A stretch of DNA of 61,218 nt, filler included. It is 9 parts of 9 records of this genome, joined end to end, with 100 filler letters (N's around TTAATTAATTAA, not from the genome) between each part and the next. Parts side by side here need not be neighbours in the genome. Positions count along the whole stretch, not along the records: positions 11,770 to 22,763 come from SRR31147125_25622; positions 22,864 to 29,938 come from SRR31147125_25639; 7 more parts are not named here. One strand, 5' to 3'. Position numbers and translations under genes: made by a program. The notes beneath the pieces were generated by a model that had not been told where the DNA came from, made no database searches, and worked only from the letters and a program-made list of their open reading frames with translations. Each line of letters begins with the position of its first letter. Positions within the stretch are counted from its first letter, which is position 1. Positions 17,962 to 28,809 of the stretch are shown in pieces.

Positions 17962-19293
17962 GTGGGTACAAAGGAGATATTTGTAACAAAATTTGGGGGG
18001 AGTTCGCTTGCTGATGCTGAGCAACTTAAAAAAGTAAAAGAGATAATGGAATCTGACGTAAGAAGAAGATATATTGTTCCTTCAGCACCAGGCAAAAGAT
18101 TTGATGGAGATACAAAAGTTACAGACCTTTTGATTCAATTAAAAGAAGCCTTTGATAACAAAAAGGATATTGAAAAAGTATATGCTAAAATAGTTGAAAG
18201 ATATGTGGGGATTCGTAATGACTTATCTCTTGATACAGATATCGAATCAGAATTGGATATTGTTAAACAGAATATAGCAAATGGAGCATCTAATGATTAT
18301 GTGAAATCAAGAGGCGAGTATTTAAATGGGCTGTTAATTGCCGATTACCTTGGCTTTAATTTTGTCGATGCGGCTGATGTTATATTTTTTGGAGAAGATG
18401 GAGAGCTTGAGTTTGACAAAACAAAATCTGTTATGAGAGGCAAACTAAAGAATGTAAAAAAAGCAGTGATACCTGGCTTTTATGGTTCTGATATTGATGG
18501 TAATATCAAAACTTTTTCTAGGGGTGGTTCTGATATTACTGGTTCGTTAGTTGCTAGGTCAACTATGGCAAACCTATATGAAAACTGGACTGATGTTTCT
18601 GGTTTTCTTATGGCTGACCCAAGAGTTGTTGATAACCCTAAAAATATTGAAACGATCACATACAGAGAGCTAAGAGAGCTTTCTTATATGGGAGCTAGTG
18701 TTTTGCATGAAGATTCCGTTTTTCCTGTTTCTAAAGTAAGGATTCCTATCAATATTAAAAACACAAACAAGCCAGAAGATAAAGGTACCATAATAGTATC
18801 TCGTATCAATGAAGATGACAATAGGGTTATTACTGGCGTTGCTGGTAAAAAGAACTTTACCGTTATTGCAATAGAAAAAAATAAGATGAATGCTGAAGTT
18901 GGTTTTGGTAGAAAAGTATTAGAAGCTTTAGAAAAAAACAATGTCAGCTTCGAACATATGCCTTCGGGTATTGACACACTTTCTCTTGTCATATCTGATG
19001 AACAGATAAAAGGCAAGATGAAAAAAGTTCAGGATGATATATATAAAGCATGCAAGCCAGATTCTATCGAAGTTTTTTCTAACATGGCGCTTGTAGCAAC
19101 TGTTGGTAGAGGCATGCGTCATCATATTGGTGCTGCATCAAGAATATTTGGATCATTAAGTGATGCTAAAGTAAATATAAGAATGATTGACCAGGGTAGC
19201 AGCGAGATTAATATAATAGTAGGGATAGAAAACGACGACTTTGATAAAGCAGTAAATGCTATATACTCTGGTTTTGAAAGTGATGTGGACTAG
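17962..19293 (+). CDS. lysC: Aspartate kinase
   Basis: KFGGSSLADA, SAPGKR, FSRGGSDITG, WTDVSG, two ACT domains. Confidence 0.93.
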   Translation: MGTKEIFVTKFGGSSLADAEQLKKVKEIMESDVRRRYIVPSAPGKRFDGDTKVTDLLIQLKEAFDNKKDIEKVYAKIVERYVGIRNDLSLDTDIESELDIVKQNIANGASNDYVKSRGEYLNGLLIADYLGFNFVDAADVIFFGEDGELEFDKTKSVMRGKLKNVKKAVIPGFYGSDIDGNIKTFSRGGSDITGSLVARSTMANLYENWTDVSGFLMADPRVVDNPKNIETITYRELRELSYMGASVLHEDSVFPVSKVRIPINIKNTNKPEDKGTIIVSRINEDDNRVITGVAGKKNFTVIAIEKNKMNAEVGFGRKVLEALEKNNVSFEHMPSGIDTLSLVISDEQIKGKMKKVQDDIYKACKPDSIEVFSNMALVATVGRGMRHHIGAASRIFGSLSDAKVNIRMIDQGSSEINIIVGIENDDFDKAVNAIYSGFESDVD

Positions 19294-20249
19294 TGTTTTT
19301 AAGCTCTCTTATTGCTATACTCCCTATATTTCTGCTTATTAGTATTGGGGTTATAGTATATAAGACTAAAATTTTAAATCGAAATGAAGCTTCAATATTG
19401 ACTAAGCTTATTATTAACGTAGCTATTCCTGCAAACGTTGTATATGGGTTTATGAACAACTTTGATGCAAGTATGATTTCAAAATATATTATTTATATTG
19501 CAGTCGGCTTTGTTTCAATGTCTGTTACATACTTAATAGCAAGATTATTTATAAAGATATTTAAAATACGCGAAAGCCGTAGAGGAGCATTCTCTATAGC
19601 TTTTGCTTTTTCTAATTCGGTTTTTATAGGGTTTCCTGTTGCATATGTACTTTTTGGAGACGTAGGGTTTATTTATGCCGTTATGTTTTATCTGTGTAAC
19701 ACAACAATGTTTTGGACAATAGGATACCTAGGGCTTGTAAAAGAAAGTACTCATCAGCAAAAACCAAAATCAGCAATAAAAAATGCAATAAGCAAATTGA
19801 TAAATCCCCCTATAATTTCTATGTTTGTAACGATAGTTTTAGTTATTATAGGAGTAAGCTTGCCGAAATTTGTAATGGATGCTTTTGGGTATATTGCAAA
19901 AATGACGACACCATTATCCATGATTTTTACTGGTATAGTTTTGTGTGATATGGGAATAAAAAAACTAGCAATAGAAAAAGATGTTTTAATTGCTATGACT
20001 GGAAGATTCATTGTAGCACCATTGGTTATGTTTTTGACCCTATATTTTATTGGCGGGAATATAATTACTGGATTAGGTAGAAACGTTTTTGTTATGCAGT
20101 CTACTTTGCCTGTTATGCTTCAATGTGTCATTATGAGTGAATATACAGGCGGTGATGTTGAGTTTGCAACAAAATCATTTGCATGGTCAACGATATTCTC
20201 TCTTATAACGATTCCTTTGTTTATGACAATATTATCGAATTTGTTTTAG
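19293..20249 (+). CDS. AEC (auxin efflux carrier/malate permease) family transporter
   Basis: FSNSVFIGFPV, NPPIIS, TTPLSMIFTG; about 10 TM segments. Confidence 0.85.
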   Translation: MFLSSLIAILPIFLLISIGVIVYKTKILNRNEASILTKLIINVAIPANVVYGFMNNFDASMISKYIIYIAVGFVSMSVTYLIARLFIKIFKIRESRRGAFSIAFAFSNSVFIGFPVAYVLFGDVGFIYAVMFYLCNTTMFWTIGYLGLVKESTHQQKPKSAIKNAISKLINPPIISMFVTIVLVIIGVSLPKFVMDAFGYIAKMTTPLSMIFTGIVLCDMGIKKLAIEKDVLIAMTGRFIVAPLVMFLTLYFIGGNIITGLGRNVFVMQSTLPVMLQCVIMSEYTGGDVEFATKSFAWSTIFSLITIPLFMTILSNLF

Positions 20250-20611
20250 TTAAAGTCATAATATACTTGGCTACCATATGGTCTAAGACAAAATACTAGT
20301 ATTAACCACAGATAATTTGTAGAGAGTCGAAAAATATATTAATTAGAGGACTGAATTTTTCAGGTAGAACAAAACAAGTAAAAATCATGTAGATATTTGC
20401 CCTAGCGATATTCGACACAAAGTACAATTTTACATAACCCTATAAATTAGAAGAGATTGATCTGAAAATGTTGGGCTTAGTGGTCTGGATAAAATACGCC
20501 ATTTTATTTAAATGATATAATTGCATATATTGTGCATTATTAGTAAGTAAAAACACTATATTTATACATAAAAATTTAACTAAAATTTTTTTTGCAAAAC
20601 GCAAAAAACTC

Positions 20612-20640
20612 TTGCAATTAAAAAACAAGTATTATATAAT
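20612..20640 (+). promoter_or_regulatory. SigA promoter of the S10 operon
   Basis: TTGCAA-17 nt-TATAAT with AT-rich upstream element. Confidence 0.8.
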
Positions 20641-20646
20641 ATTGAG

Positions 20647-21052
20647 GCTGTGCGAAAAGAGGCTTCATTTTTTATGGGCTTTTGCATGGTATGGGATGAT
20701 GTAAGAGGTTGCTGAACAATCTGAGTCATAAGAATTGCTTAAAAGGGTTGCAATTAGCAAGGTGGAAGGGATACTGGTTACTTATAAAGTTGCCATCATG
20801 GACGTTAATCGCGTACATAGTCTGCCACATGATAGACAATAGGATGAACAGGTTTTCTTACAGACAAAAGTTTGACCGAGAGTCAAGCGGCGTGCCTTAT
20901 ATATAATGAAGTATCGTAGATGATGTGACGTTATATTCACTGCAGTGGGCTGGAAATTTCAGTTTCGCTGTAAAAATATAATATGAGCACACACGGATAA
21001 GTTTATTGTAAGAAGAGTGTACGCATAAAAATCAAGGAGGAAAGTATATTAA
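20647..21052 (+). promoter_or_regulatory. Long 5' leader of the S10 operon (probable ribosomal leader RNA)
   Basis: About 400 nt non-coding; GATGATGTAAGAGGTTGCTGA and CAGGTTTTCTTAC segments resemble Firmicutes rpsJ leaders. Confidence 0.55.
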
Positions 21053-21361
21053 ATGGCTACACAGAAGATTAGAATTAAATTAAAAGCCTATGACCACAAT
21101 GTAATTGATCAATCTGCTCAACGAATTGTGGACACTGCAAAGCGTACTGGCGCAAAAGTATCTGGACCGATACCATTGCCTACGCAAAAAGAGATAGTAA
21201 CGATATTGAGAGCTCCTCACAAGTATAAGGATTCAAGGGAGCAATTCGAAATCAAAACTCACAAAAGACTTATTGATATCTTAGAAGCGACTGCTAAAAC
21301 AACGGATTCTTTGATGAGATTAGACTTGCCTGCGGGTGTTGATATCGAAATTAAGCTCTAA
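21053..21361 (+). CDS. rpsJ: 30S ribosomal protein S10
   Basis: [11 protein letters not shown]...GPIPLPT...DSREQFE. Confidence 0.99.
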   Translation: MATQKIRIKLKAYDHNVIDQSAQRIVDTAKRTGAKVSGPIPLPTQKEIVTILRAPHKYKDSREQFEIKTHKRLIDILEATAKTTDSLMRLDLPAGVDIEIKL

Positions 21362-21385
21362 TACGGATTGGAGGAAGATTTTATA

Positions 21386-22012
21386 ATGAATGGAATTTTA
21401 GGAAAAAAGGTCGGTATGACTCAAATTTTCAAGGAAGACGGTACTGCTGTTCCTGTGACAGCTGTTTTGGCAGGTCCATGCGTGATCGTGCAAAAGAAAA
21501 CAGTTGAAACAGATGGTTACTCTGCTTTGAAGGTTGGTTATGAAGATATAAGAGAATCACTAAAAAACAAGCCAGATCAAGGTCAGTTTAAAAAAGCTGG
21601 TATACCTGTAAAAAGACATCTAAAAGAATTTAGAGTTGAGGATGTTTCTGGTTACGAAGTTGGACAGGAAGTTAAAGTAGACATTTTTGAAGTGGGTAAA
21701 ACAGTTGACATTACTGGTACATCTAAAGGTAAAGGTTTTGCTGGTACTATCAAAAGACACGGTCAACACAGAGGACCTATGACTCATGGTTCTCACTATC
21801 ACAGAGGCCCTGGTGCTATGGGTGCTTGTGCGTGGCCAGGAAGAGTTTTTAAAGGTAAAAACTTACCAGGACACATGGGTGCTATTACTTCTACAACACA
21901 AAACTTAGAAGTTGTAAGAGTTGATGTTGAAAAGAACTTATTGCTTTTAAAAGGTGCAGTTCCTGGACCTAAAGGCGGATATGTAACTATTAAAAATAGT
22001 ATTAAGGGATAA
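21386..22012 (+). CDS. rplC: 50S ribosomal protein L3
   Basis: [29 protein letters not shown]. Confidence 0.99.
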   Translation: MNGILGKKVGMTQIFKEDGTAVPVTAVLAGPCVIVQKKTVETDGYSALKVGYEDIRESLKNKPDQGQFKKAGIPVKRHLKEFRVEDVSGYEVGQEVKVDIFEVGKTVDITGTSKGKGFAGTIKRHGQHRGPMTHGSHYHRGPGAMGACAWPGRVFKGKNLPGHMGAITSTTQNLEVVRVDVEKNLLLLKGAVPGPKGGYVTIKNSIKG

Positions 22013-22059
22013 AGTAACGCACACCTTGTAACAAAAGAATTTGGAAAGGAAATATGAAA

Positions 22060-22683
22060 ATGCCAAGAATTGACGTTTATAAGACTGATGGTAGTAAAGT
22101 TGGTCAAACAAACTTAAAAAATGATATATTCGGCATCGAAGTGAACGAAGCTGCTTTGCATCAAGTGGTTGTTGCTCACCTTGCTAATAAAAGACAAGGT
22201 ACACAAAGCGCACTAACAAGAGCAGAAGTTCGCGGTGGTGGAATTAAGCCTTGGAGACAAAAAGGCACAGGTAGAGCTCGTGCTGGTACAGCAACATCTC
22301 CAATATGGAGAAAGGGTGGAGTTATCTTTGCTCCAAAGCCAAGAGATTATTCGAAAAATGTTAACAAAAAGGTTAAAAAAATTGCAATGAAGTCAGCGCT
22401 TTCTTCTAAAGCTGCTGATAAAAAAATTGTATGTTTAGAGGATCTAGTAATGGATGCTCCTAAAACAAAAGATTTTGTTGAAATAATGAAAAACCTTAAA
22501 GTCGATGGAAAAGTTTTGGTTTGTACAGAAGATAAAAACGAAAATGTAATAAAGAGTTCTAGAAACATTCAAGGAGCTTGCCCTACATTTGCTGGAGTTT
22601 TATCAGTTTATGATGTGCTAAACCACGATACTTTGGTTGTTACTAAAGCTGCAATCAAAAAGATTACGGAGGTGCTTTCATAA
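22060..22683 (+). CDS. rplD: 50S ribosomal protein L4
   Basis: RQGTQSALTRAEVRGGGIKPWRQKGTGRAR. Confidence 0.99.
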   Translation: MPRIDVYKTDGSKVGQTNLKNDIFGIEVNEAALHQVVVAHLANKRQGTQSALTRAEVRGGGIKPWRQKGTGRARAGTATSPIWRKGGVIFAPKPRDYSKNVNKKVKKIAMKSALSSKAADKKIVCLEDLVMDAPKTKDFVEIMKNLKVDGKVLVCTEDKNENVIKSSRNIQGACPTFAGVLSVYDVLNHDTLVVTKAAIKKITEVLS

Positions 22684-22763
22684 TGAGTAATGCGCACGAT
22701 ATTATTATAAAGCCAGTATTGACAGAACAGAGTTATGATCAAATACCTCTAAAAAAATACACA
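22683..22763 (+). CDS. rplW: 50S ribosomal protein L23 (5' fragment)
   Basis: MSNAHDIIIKPVLTEQS after rplD; truncated by the spacer. Confidence 0.9.
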
Positions 22764-22863
22764 NNNNNNNNNNNNNNNNNNNNNNNNNNNNNNNNNNNNN
22801 NNNNNNNTTAATTAATTAANNNNNNNNNNNNNNNNNNNNNNNNNNNNNNNNNNNNNNNNNNNN
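22764..22863. other. Artificial contig spacer
   Basis: N run with TTAATTAATTAA. Confidence 0.99.
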
Positions 22864-22884
22864 AAAAAAATTTCAAGGTGATGT

Positions 22885-23742
22885 ATGAATGAATATATGA
22901 ATGATGTCGATCTGGTTCTGGACATGAAGCGAACATATGCTGATATGTCTCAGGTAGATAAAAAACTGGCCGACTTTTTTATTTCAAACATAGATGAAAT
23001 TCCCAATAAAACAGTCACAGAAATTTCAGAGATATGCCAGGTGAGTGAAGCTTCTATCATACGTTTTGCTAAAAAGATGGGATTCTCCGGATTCTATCAG
23101 ATGAAGATAGAGTTGGCAAAATCGTCCAAACAAAATATCATTTTCGGTGGATATGATACTGAGCCGAACAGCACCGAGGCAATCATACAAAGGGCTCTCG
23201 ATATCGCTGTAACCAATATCAGTAACAGTTTACGAAACATCTATAAAGAGGATCTGCTCACTGCTGTCGAGATGATAAAAAAGAGTAAAAATATCATCTT
23301 TTTTGCAGCCGGAAACTCGTACCCTCCCTGTAAGGATTTCATCTATAAATTGAGTCGAATAGGTATCAGGGGCTCTATGTCTGAAATTCCTGAACGAGCC
23401 CTTATGCAGGCCAGAAATATGGAGAAGGGAGATCTGGTAATAGCTCTTTCACATTCAGGAGATTCCTCATTGGTAAATACCGCCCTGAAAATCGTGAAGG
23501 AGAAGGATATACCGGTTATCGGTATCACCAATTATCGCAAATCACCCATTATGAAATGGGTAAATATCGCCATTGTCACTGCAATTCAACACAATATGTT
23601 CACGGGATCAGAGGGTTTGACAAGAATCACCGAAGTGGCTGTTTTTGATCTGCTGTTCTACCTGCTGTTCTATGCGGACAAGGAGGCGAATTCCCGATTT
23701 ATCAGTCAAACTGAGTTTGATCAGTCACAGTACAGCCTTTAG
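22885..23742 (+). CDS. RpiR/MurR-family regulator (HTH + SIS)
   Basis: VSEASIIRFAKKMGFSGF HTH; ALSHSG SIS motif. Confidence 0.92.
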   Translation: MNEYMNDVDLVLDMKRTYADMSQVDKKLADFFISNIDEIPNKTVTEISEICQVSEASIIRFAKKMGFSGFYQMKIELAKSSKQNIIFGGYDTEPNSTEAIIQRALDIAVTNISNSLRNIYKEDLLTAVEMIKKSKNIIFFAAGNSYPPCKDFIYKLSRIGIRGSMSEIPERALMQARNMEKGDLVIALSHSGDSSLVNTALKIVKEKDIPVIGITNYRKSPIMKWVNIAIVTAIQHNMFTGSEGLTRITEVAVFDLLFYLLFYADKEANSRFISQTEFDQSQYSL

Positions 23743-23815
23743 AAGAATGCGAACTATAACATTACGGCAGTTGCCGAAATAAAATAATGGAACCAAATAC
23801 GTTAAGGAGAAAGAT

Positions 23816-24667
23816 GTGCCAATTGTACCTATTACACCTTTGCTGAAAGATGCTCTGGACGGCGGTTATGCTGTAGGAGCATTCAATACCAACAACCTTG
23901 AATATATATCAGCCATACTGGATGCTGCTGAAGAGATGAAATCACCAGTTATTATCCAGGCGGCTGAAAGTGAAACCGACTATATGGACGGTGATATTTT
24001 TGTTCAAACCGTAAAAGCCATGACAGAAAAGATGACAGTTCCCGTCTGCATTCACCTGGATCATGGTCCAAGTTTTGAGACAGCCATGCGATGTATTCGT
24101 TATGGTTTCAGTTCAGTTATGTTTGACGGATCACAACTGCCTTTTGAGCAGAATGTGGCAATAACTGCAAAAACCGTGGAAGCCGCGCATGCAGTAGGCG
24201 TATCGGTTGAAGGCGAGATCGGCCTGATCGGCGGTGTCGATGATGTCGAGGGAACGGGGGATGTATCCGCTCTTTCCGACCCGGTAATGTGTGAAGAGTT
24301 TGCATCTGCTACCGGTGTGGACTGTTTTGCCGCCTCAATAGGAACTGCTCACGGACTCTATACATCCGAGCCAAAACTCGATTTCGAACGGTTGGATGAG
24401 ATTGTGAAACGGACAAAACTGCCGATCGTCCTGCACGGAGGATCCGGAGTGCCTAATTCTCAGGTACAGGAAGCCATCAAGCGGGGAGTCGCGAAGATCA
24501 ATTTCAGTACTGTAGTTCGTAAAGCAGCTATAGATGCCATGAAAAAGACCCTGGTGGAATATCCCGACCAGCTGGACTGGATGTGGATACTGGACAAATC
24601 GACTAACGCAATGCGGAAAACCGTAGGGCAGATGATGCAAATGGTTGGCTCTGCTGGCAGAGCCTGA
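23816..24667 (+). CDS. Class II ketose-1,6-bisphosphate aldolase
   Basis: YAVGAFN, HLDHG, SVMFDGS, IGTAHG, LHGGSG. Confidence 0.93.
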   Translation: MPIVPITPLLKDALDGGYAVGAFNTNNLEYISAILDAAEEMKSPVIIQAAESETDYMDGDIFVQTVKAMTEKMTVPVCIHLDHGPSFETAMRCIRYGFSSVMFDGSQLPFEQNVAITAKTVEAAHAVGVSVEGEIGLIGGVDDVEGTGDVSALSDPVMCEEFASATGVDCFAASIGTAHGLYTSEPKLDFERLDEIVKRTKLPIVLHGGSGVPNSQVQEAIKRGVAKINFSTVVRKAAIDAMKKTLVEYPDQLDWMWILDKSTNAMRKTVGQMMQMVGSAGRA

Positions 24668-24706
24668 TCATATATTATCATTAACTAAATCATAGGAGGA
24701 TTAGTT

Positions 24707-25750
24707 ATGAAAAAAACGACTGGAATGTTTGTGCTTCTATTGGCAATGATGCTGGTAGTCGGAAGTTCTTTCTCCCTCTTTGCCGGAGGCGAGACCGAAG
24801 ATACGATGACACTTACCATCTATGCCGGAATGCTTGAGGAACACGCAGCGCTTGCGGCTCAGGAATTCGAGAAGGCAACCGGAGTGAAGACAAGTTTCGT
24901 ACGAATGAGCGGTGGAGAAATTCTTGCCAGAATCAAGGCTGAGAAAGACAACCCACAGGCAAGCGTATGGTACGGCGGCGGATCACTGACTTTTATCGAA
25001 GCCGATAAACTCGGCCTGCTGGAACATTATGTTTCCCCGACAGCTGCAGTTATCCCCGAACAGTTCAAGGATGCCAATGGCGCATGGACCGGTATCTACA
25101 GCGGATACCTCGGATTTGAAGCTGACCAGGAATGGCTTGATGAAGCTGGTGCTCCAATGCCACAGACCTGGGATGACCTGCTTGATCCTATCTACAAAAA
25201 CGAAATCGTATTTGCACACCCCGGATCCTCAAGTACTGCTTACAATGTACTTGTTACCATGCTGCAGCTGAAAGGCGAAGAAGAAGGATGGGAATATCTG
25301 CAGAAACTGAATGAGAACGTTCGTCAGTACACAAAATCGGGAAGCGGCGGTGGAAGAATGATCCAGCTGCATGAAACCGGAATCTCAATTGGTTATATGC
25401 ACGATGCTATCGCATTCAAGAGAGAAGGATACGATCACATTACATTTACCACTCCGAAAGAGGGAACTGGATATGAAATCGGCGCTGTTGCCATTATCAA
25501 GAATTCTCCCGAACTCGAAGCGGCTAAGATGTTTATTGACTGGTGTCTGACTCCTGAAGCTCAGGAACTTGGACAGACTGTAAACGCACTGCAGTTCCTG
25601 ACAAACCCGAACGCTAAACCTCCAGCAGAAGTAATTCAGCTTAAGGATACAGTGCTCATAGAACAGGACGATGTATGGGCTGGTGAAAACAGGTCGGCAT
25701 TCTTGGAAAAATTCAACATGCTTACCAAGACAACACCTCCAACAAAATAA
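24707..25750 (+). CDS. ABC substrate-binding protein, AfuA/FbpA-like (likely sugar-phosphate)
   Basis: RMSGGEILARIKAEKDNPQASVWYGG, PGSSSTAY, YTKSG, EGTGYEIG; spirochaete-type FAGG signal end. Confidence 0.85.
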   Translation: MKKTTGMFVLLLAMMLVVGSSFSLFAGGETEDTMTLTIYAGMLEEHAALAAQEFEKATGVKTSFVRMSGGEILARIKAEKDNPQASVWYGGGSLTFIEADKLGLLEHYVSPTAAVIPEQFKDANGAWTGIYSGYLGFEADQEWLDEAGAPMPQTWDDLLDPIYKNEIVFAHPGSSSTAYNVLVTMLQLKGEEEGWEYLQKLNENVRQYTKSGSGGGRMIQLHETGISIGYMHDAIAFKREGYDHITFTTPKEGTGYEIGAVAIIKNSPELEAAKMFIDWCLTPEAQELGQTVNALQFLTNPNAKPPAEVIQLKDTVLIEQDDVWAGENRSAFLEKFNMLTKTTPPTK

Positions 25751-25764
25751 TCTAATTTGATTTA

Positions 25765-25827
25765 GGGAGGGCGGTGTGAACGCGCACAAAACCTTATTAT
25801 GCGCGTTGCTAATAATACCGCCCTCCG
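25765..25827 (+). promoter_or_regulatory. Intercistronic stem-loop after the binding-protein gene
   Basis: GGAGGGCGGT...AACGCGCA/TGCGCGTT...ACCGCCCTCC inverted repeat without a U tail. Confidence 0.6.
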
Positions 25828-25856
25828 CTATAGTTACACTCTGAGCGGAGGTTCGT

Positions 25857-27563
25857 ATGGCATCGAGGAAAACGAGCGGAAGTAGTCTGGCAACACGAAA
25901 AATGCACGAAGGGCTTCGTCAAATGAAGTTCACCCTTCGTGATCCTGTTCTGATGGTTTCGATCATCACCATTCTCATTGTGGTGACTATGTTCATCATC
26001 ATACCGCTTTTCACTATCCTGAAGGAGAGTCTTGCCTATGAGGGCGAGTTCTCATTTCACCACTACAGGGAAATAGTCAGACTTACCTATAATATCGATA
26101 TCATATTCAATACACTTAAGCTCGGTGTAGCGGTTAGTGTACTGGGAACTGCTGTGGCATTCCTCTTTGCGTACGCGACCACCTATCTGAAGATTCCGAA
26201 CAAACGATTTTTCAGGGCATTATCAATTTTACCCATGATCTCTCCGCCGTTTGTTATATCGCTTTCGGCAATTCTGCTTTTCGGCAGGTCGGGGCTGATT
26301 ACCCGTAACTTGCTGGGTATTCGCAGTGATATCTATGGTTTTTGGGGGCTGCTGCTTACCCAGACACTCTCTTTCTTCCCGGTAGGGTACCTGATGCTGA
26401 CTAATTTGCTGCAGAACATCGACCCGTCAATAGAGGAAGCCGCACAAGTATTGGGAGCATCCCGCTTTAAGATGTTCCTTACTGTGACACTTCCCCTGAT
26501 GATTCCAGGTCTTGCCAATGCGGCGCTATTGATTTTTATTCAATCACTTGCTGACTTTGGAAATGCAATTGTAATAGGCGGTGATTATACCACTATGGCT
26601 GTACAGATATATCAGCAGGGGATAGGCAGCTATGATCTTGCGGGGGCTACCGCATTGGCGGTAGTGCTGCTGATGATCTCGATGCTGGCTTTCTACCTGC
26701 AGAAGAGTGTCATCGGAAAACGCTCATATGTGACTGTAACCGGAAAAGCCGCCAAGCAGCGGCAGCTGATTACCGACAAATCATTTACCATTCCCATCTA
26801 TACGATGTGTATGTTGATTGCTCTTCTGGTTATTGCGATGTATGCTCTGGTTCCGTACGGCGCCTTTGTCAAATTGTGGGGTGCCGATTTCTCCTTCTCC
26901 CTGCGCTGGATGAAATACGTGCTTACCATCGGCCGGGACTACATTCTCGACTCCACCAAGCTAGCTCTGATCGCGACCCCTATTGCCGGTATTCTGGGTA
27001 TTGTATCCGCCTTCCTCATTGTGCGGAAAAAGTTTGTCGGCAGGGGTTTTATCGAATCATCAATTTTGATGGCGGTAGCACTTCCAGGAACCGTTATCGG
27101 TCTTGGGTATGTACTTTCGTATAATACTCCGCCGGTAATCCTGACTGGAACAGCCTTTATTCTGGTCATTGCTCTGGTTATCAGGAGTCTTCCTGTTGGA
27201 ACACGATCCGGTATAGCCGTACTGAAACAGATAGACCCATCCATCGAGGAGGCGGCCAGCGTCTGCGGGGCTTCGAGCACAAAAGTCTTTACATCCATCA
27301 CCTTGCCGCTGATTAAACCCGTATTCTTCTCGAGCATGGTGTACGCCTTTATCCGTGGAATGACACTGGTCAGTACGATTATTTTCCTTATATCCGCCAA
27401 ATGGCAGATGCTTACAACGGCGATTATGGGGCAGGTGGATCAGGGACTGTACGGCGCTGCAAATGCCTACTGTACCGTGCTGATCCTGATTGTGGGACTG
27501 GTTATGCTTATTATGAATATAGTATTGAAAAGAATGAATATTGATATGGGAGACGCATACTAA
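25857..27563 (+). CDS. ABC permease (AfuB/FbpB-like, two fused TM domains)
   Basis: Two IDPSIEEAA..GAS (EAA) loops. Confidence 0.92.
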   Translation: MASRKTSGSSLATRKMHEGLRQMKFTLRDPVLMVSIITILIVVTMFIIIPLFTILKESLAYEGEFSFHHYREIVRLTYNIDIIFNTLKLGVAVSVLGTAVAFLFAYATTYLKIPNKRFFRALSILPMISPPFVISLSAILLFGRSGLITRNLLGIRSDIYGFWGLLLTQTLSFFPVGYLMLTNLLQNIDPSIEEAAQVLGASRFKMFLTVTLPLMIPGLANAALLIFIQSLADFGNAIVIGGDYTTMAVQIYQQGIGSYDLAGATALAVVLLMISMLAFYLQKSVIGKRSYVTVTGKAAKQRQLITDKSFTIPIYTMCMLIALLVIAMYALVPYGAFVKLWGADFSFSLRWMKYVLTIGRDYILDSTKLALIATPIAGILGIVSAFLIVRKKFVGRGFIESSILMAVALPGTVIGLGYVLSYNTPPVILTGTAFILVIALVIRSLPVGTRSGIAVLKQIDPSIEEAASVCGASSTKVFTSITLPLIKPVFFSSMVYAFIRGMTLVSTIIFLISAKWQMLTTAIMGQVDQGLYGAANAYCTVLILIVGLVMLIMNIVLKRMNIDMGDAY

Positions 27564-28639
27564 TGGAAACTTCGGCTAAACAAGTAGTATTACAGGATCT
27601 TTCGAAGACATTTATCACCACAAACAGAGGCGAAGTCAAAGCTGTACAGCATGTTGATCTGGATATTCCGGCCGGCGAGTTTGTGACGTTTCTTGGACCC
27701 TCAGGATGCGGCAAGACTACCATTCTGCGCATGATAGCCGGCTTTGAACCGCCGACTGACGGTAAGATAATTATCGGGAATGACAATGTATCTTTATTGA
27801 CTCCCGATAAGCGGGATATTGGTATGGTATTCCAGAATTACGCGCTCTTTCCGCACCTGAATGTATCAAACAACATCGGGTATGGACTGAAGCTGCAAAA
27901 ACGGCCTAGGTCGGAGATTAAGGAACGTGTTCTTGAATCCCTTAAGCTGGTCCAGATGGACAGCTTTGCCGATCGAGTTCCCTCCCAGATGTCAGGCGGG
28001 CAGCAGCAGCGAGTCGCGCTGGTCCGTGCTCTGGTAATGCATCCGGGCGTACTGCTCTTTGACGAACCGCTTTCCAATCTTGATGCCAAGCTGCGTGTGC
28101 ATATGCGCGATGAAATCAGGAAAATCCAGAAAGAGGTGGGAATTACCACTATCTACGTAACCCATGATCAGTCCGAAGCCATGGCAGTCAGCGATAAGGT
28201 TGTCATAATGAAGGACGGTATTATTCAGCAGGTTGGATCCCCCCAGCAGGTTTACCAGAATCCGGCCAATGAGTTTGTAGCCAATTTCATCGGGAAGGCC
28301 AACATTCTGGATGCCAAAGTTGCCTCAATCAGCGGTACGGAAATCATGCTCAATATCCACGGTAAGGAGTTCAAGGTTGTACAGGAAAATCTCGACCATA
28401 AAATTGGAGACGAGGTGCGGATAGTAGTACGTCCTGAAGCGATCACCGTTGGAGTCGTTGATGGTTTCAAAGCTAAGGTTGATAAAAGCGTATACATGGG
28501 GAATACACAGGATTACGAGCTTGATTATGATGGAATCATACTGACAGTAACCGACTACAATCCGATGGCTAAGAAGGTCTATACAGAGGGAGAGGCTGTC
28601 GAATTCATGCTGCAGCCTGACTCGGTATATATTCTGTAA
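27563..28639 (+). CDS. ABC ATP-binding protein (AfuC/FbpC-like)
   Basis: GPSGCGKTT, MSGGQQQR, DEPLSNLD, C-terminal TOBE-like region. Confidence 0.95.
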   Translation: METSAKQVVLQDLSKTFITTNRGEVKAVQHVDLDIPAGEFVTFLGPSGCGKTTILRMIAGFEPPTDGKIIIGNDNVSLLTPDKRDIGMVFQNYALFPHLNVSNNIGYGLKLQKRPRSEIKERVLESLKLVQMDSFADRVPSQMSGGQQQRVALVRALVMHPGVLLFDEPLSNLDAKLRVHMRDEIRKIQKEVGITTIYVTHDQSEAMAVSDKVVIMKDGIIQQVGSPQQVYQNPANEFVANFIGKANILDAKVASISGTEIMLNIHGKEFKVVQENLDHKIGDEVRIVVRPEAITVGVVDGFKAKVDKSVYMGNTQDYELDYDGIILTVTDYNPMAKKVYTEGEAVEFMLQPDSVYIL

Positions 28640-28809
28640 TTTTACATAAAGGCTCTCTCGAAAACTACTCGAAAGTAACTGCAAAAAAAAGCTGGACAAC
28701 TGTTGGATTCGGGTGTATAACGATTATGCTATTTTATTAAGTTGAACGAAAGTTTGATATAGTGAACCGCACTTTGAAGTTATGCATCCCTGTCTGAAAG
28801 AGGTTCGGC

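Noticed and set aside
20709-20906. 65-aa ORF in the S10 leader as a leader peptide
   Set aside because: TTG start, no recognisable features, and it overlaps segments better explained as conserved RNA.
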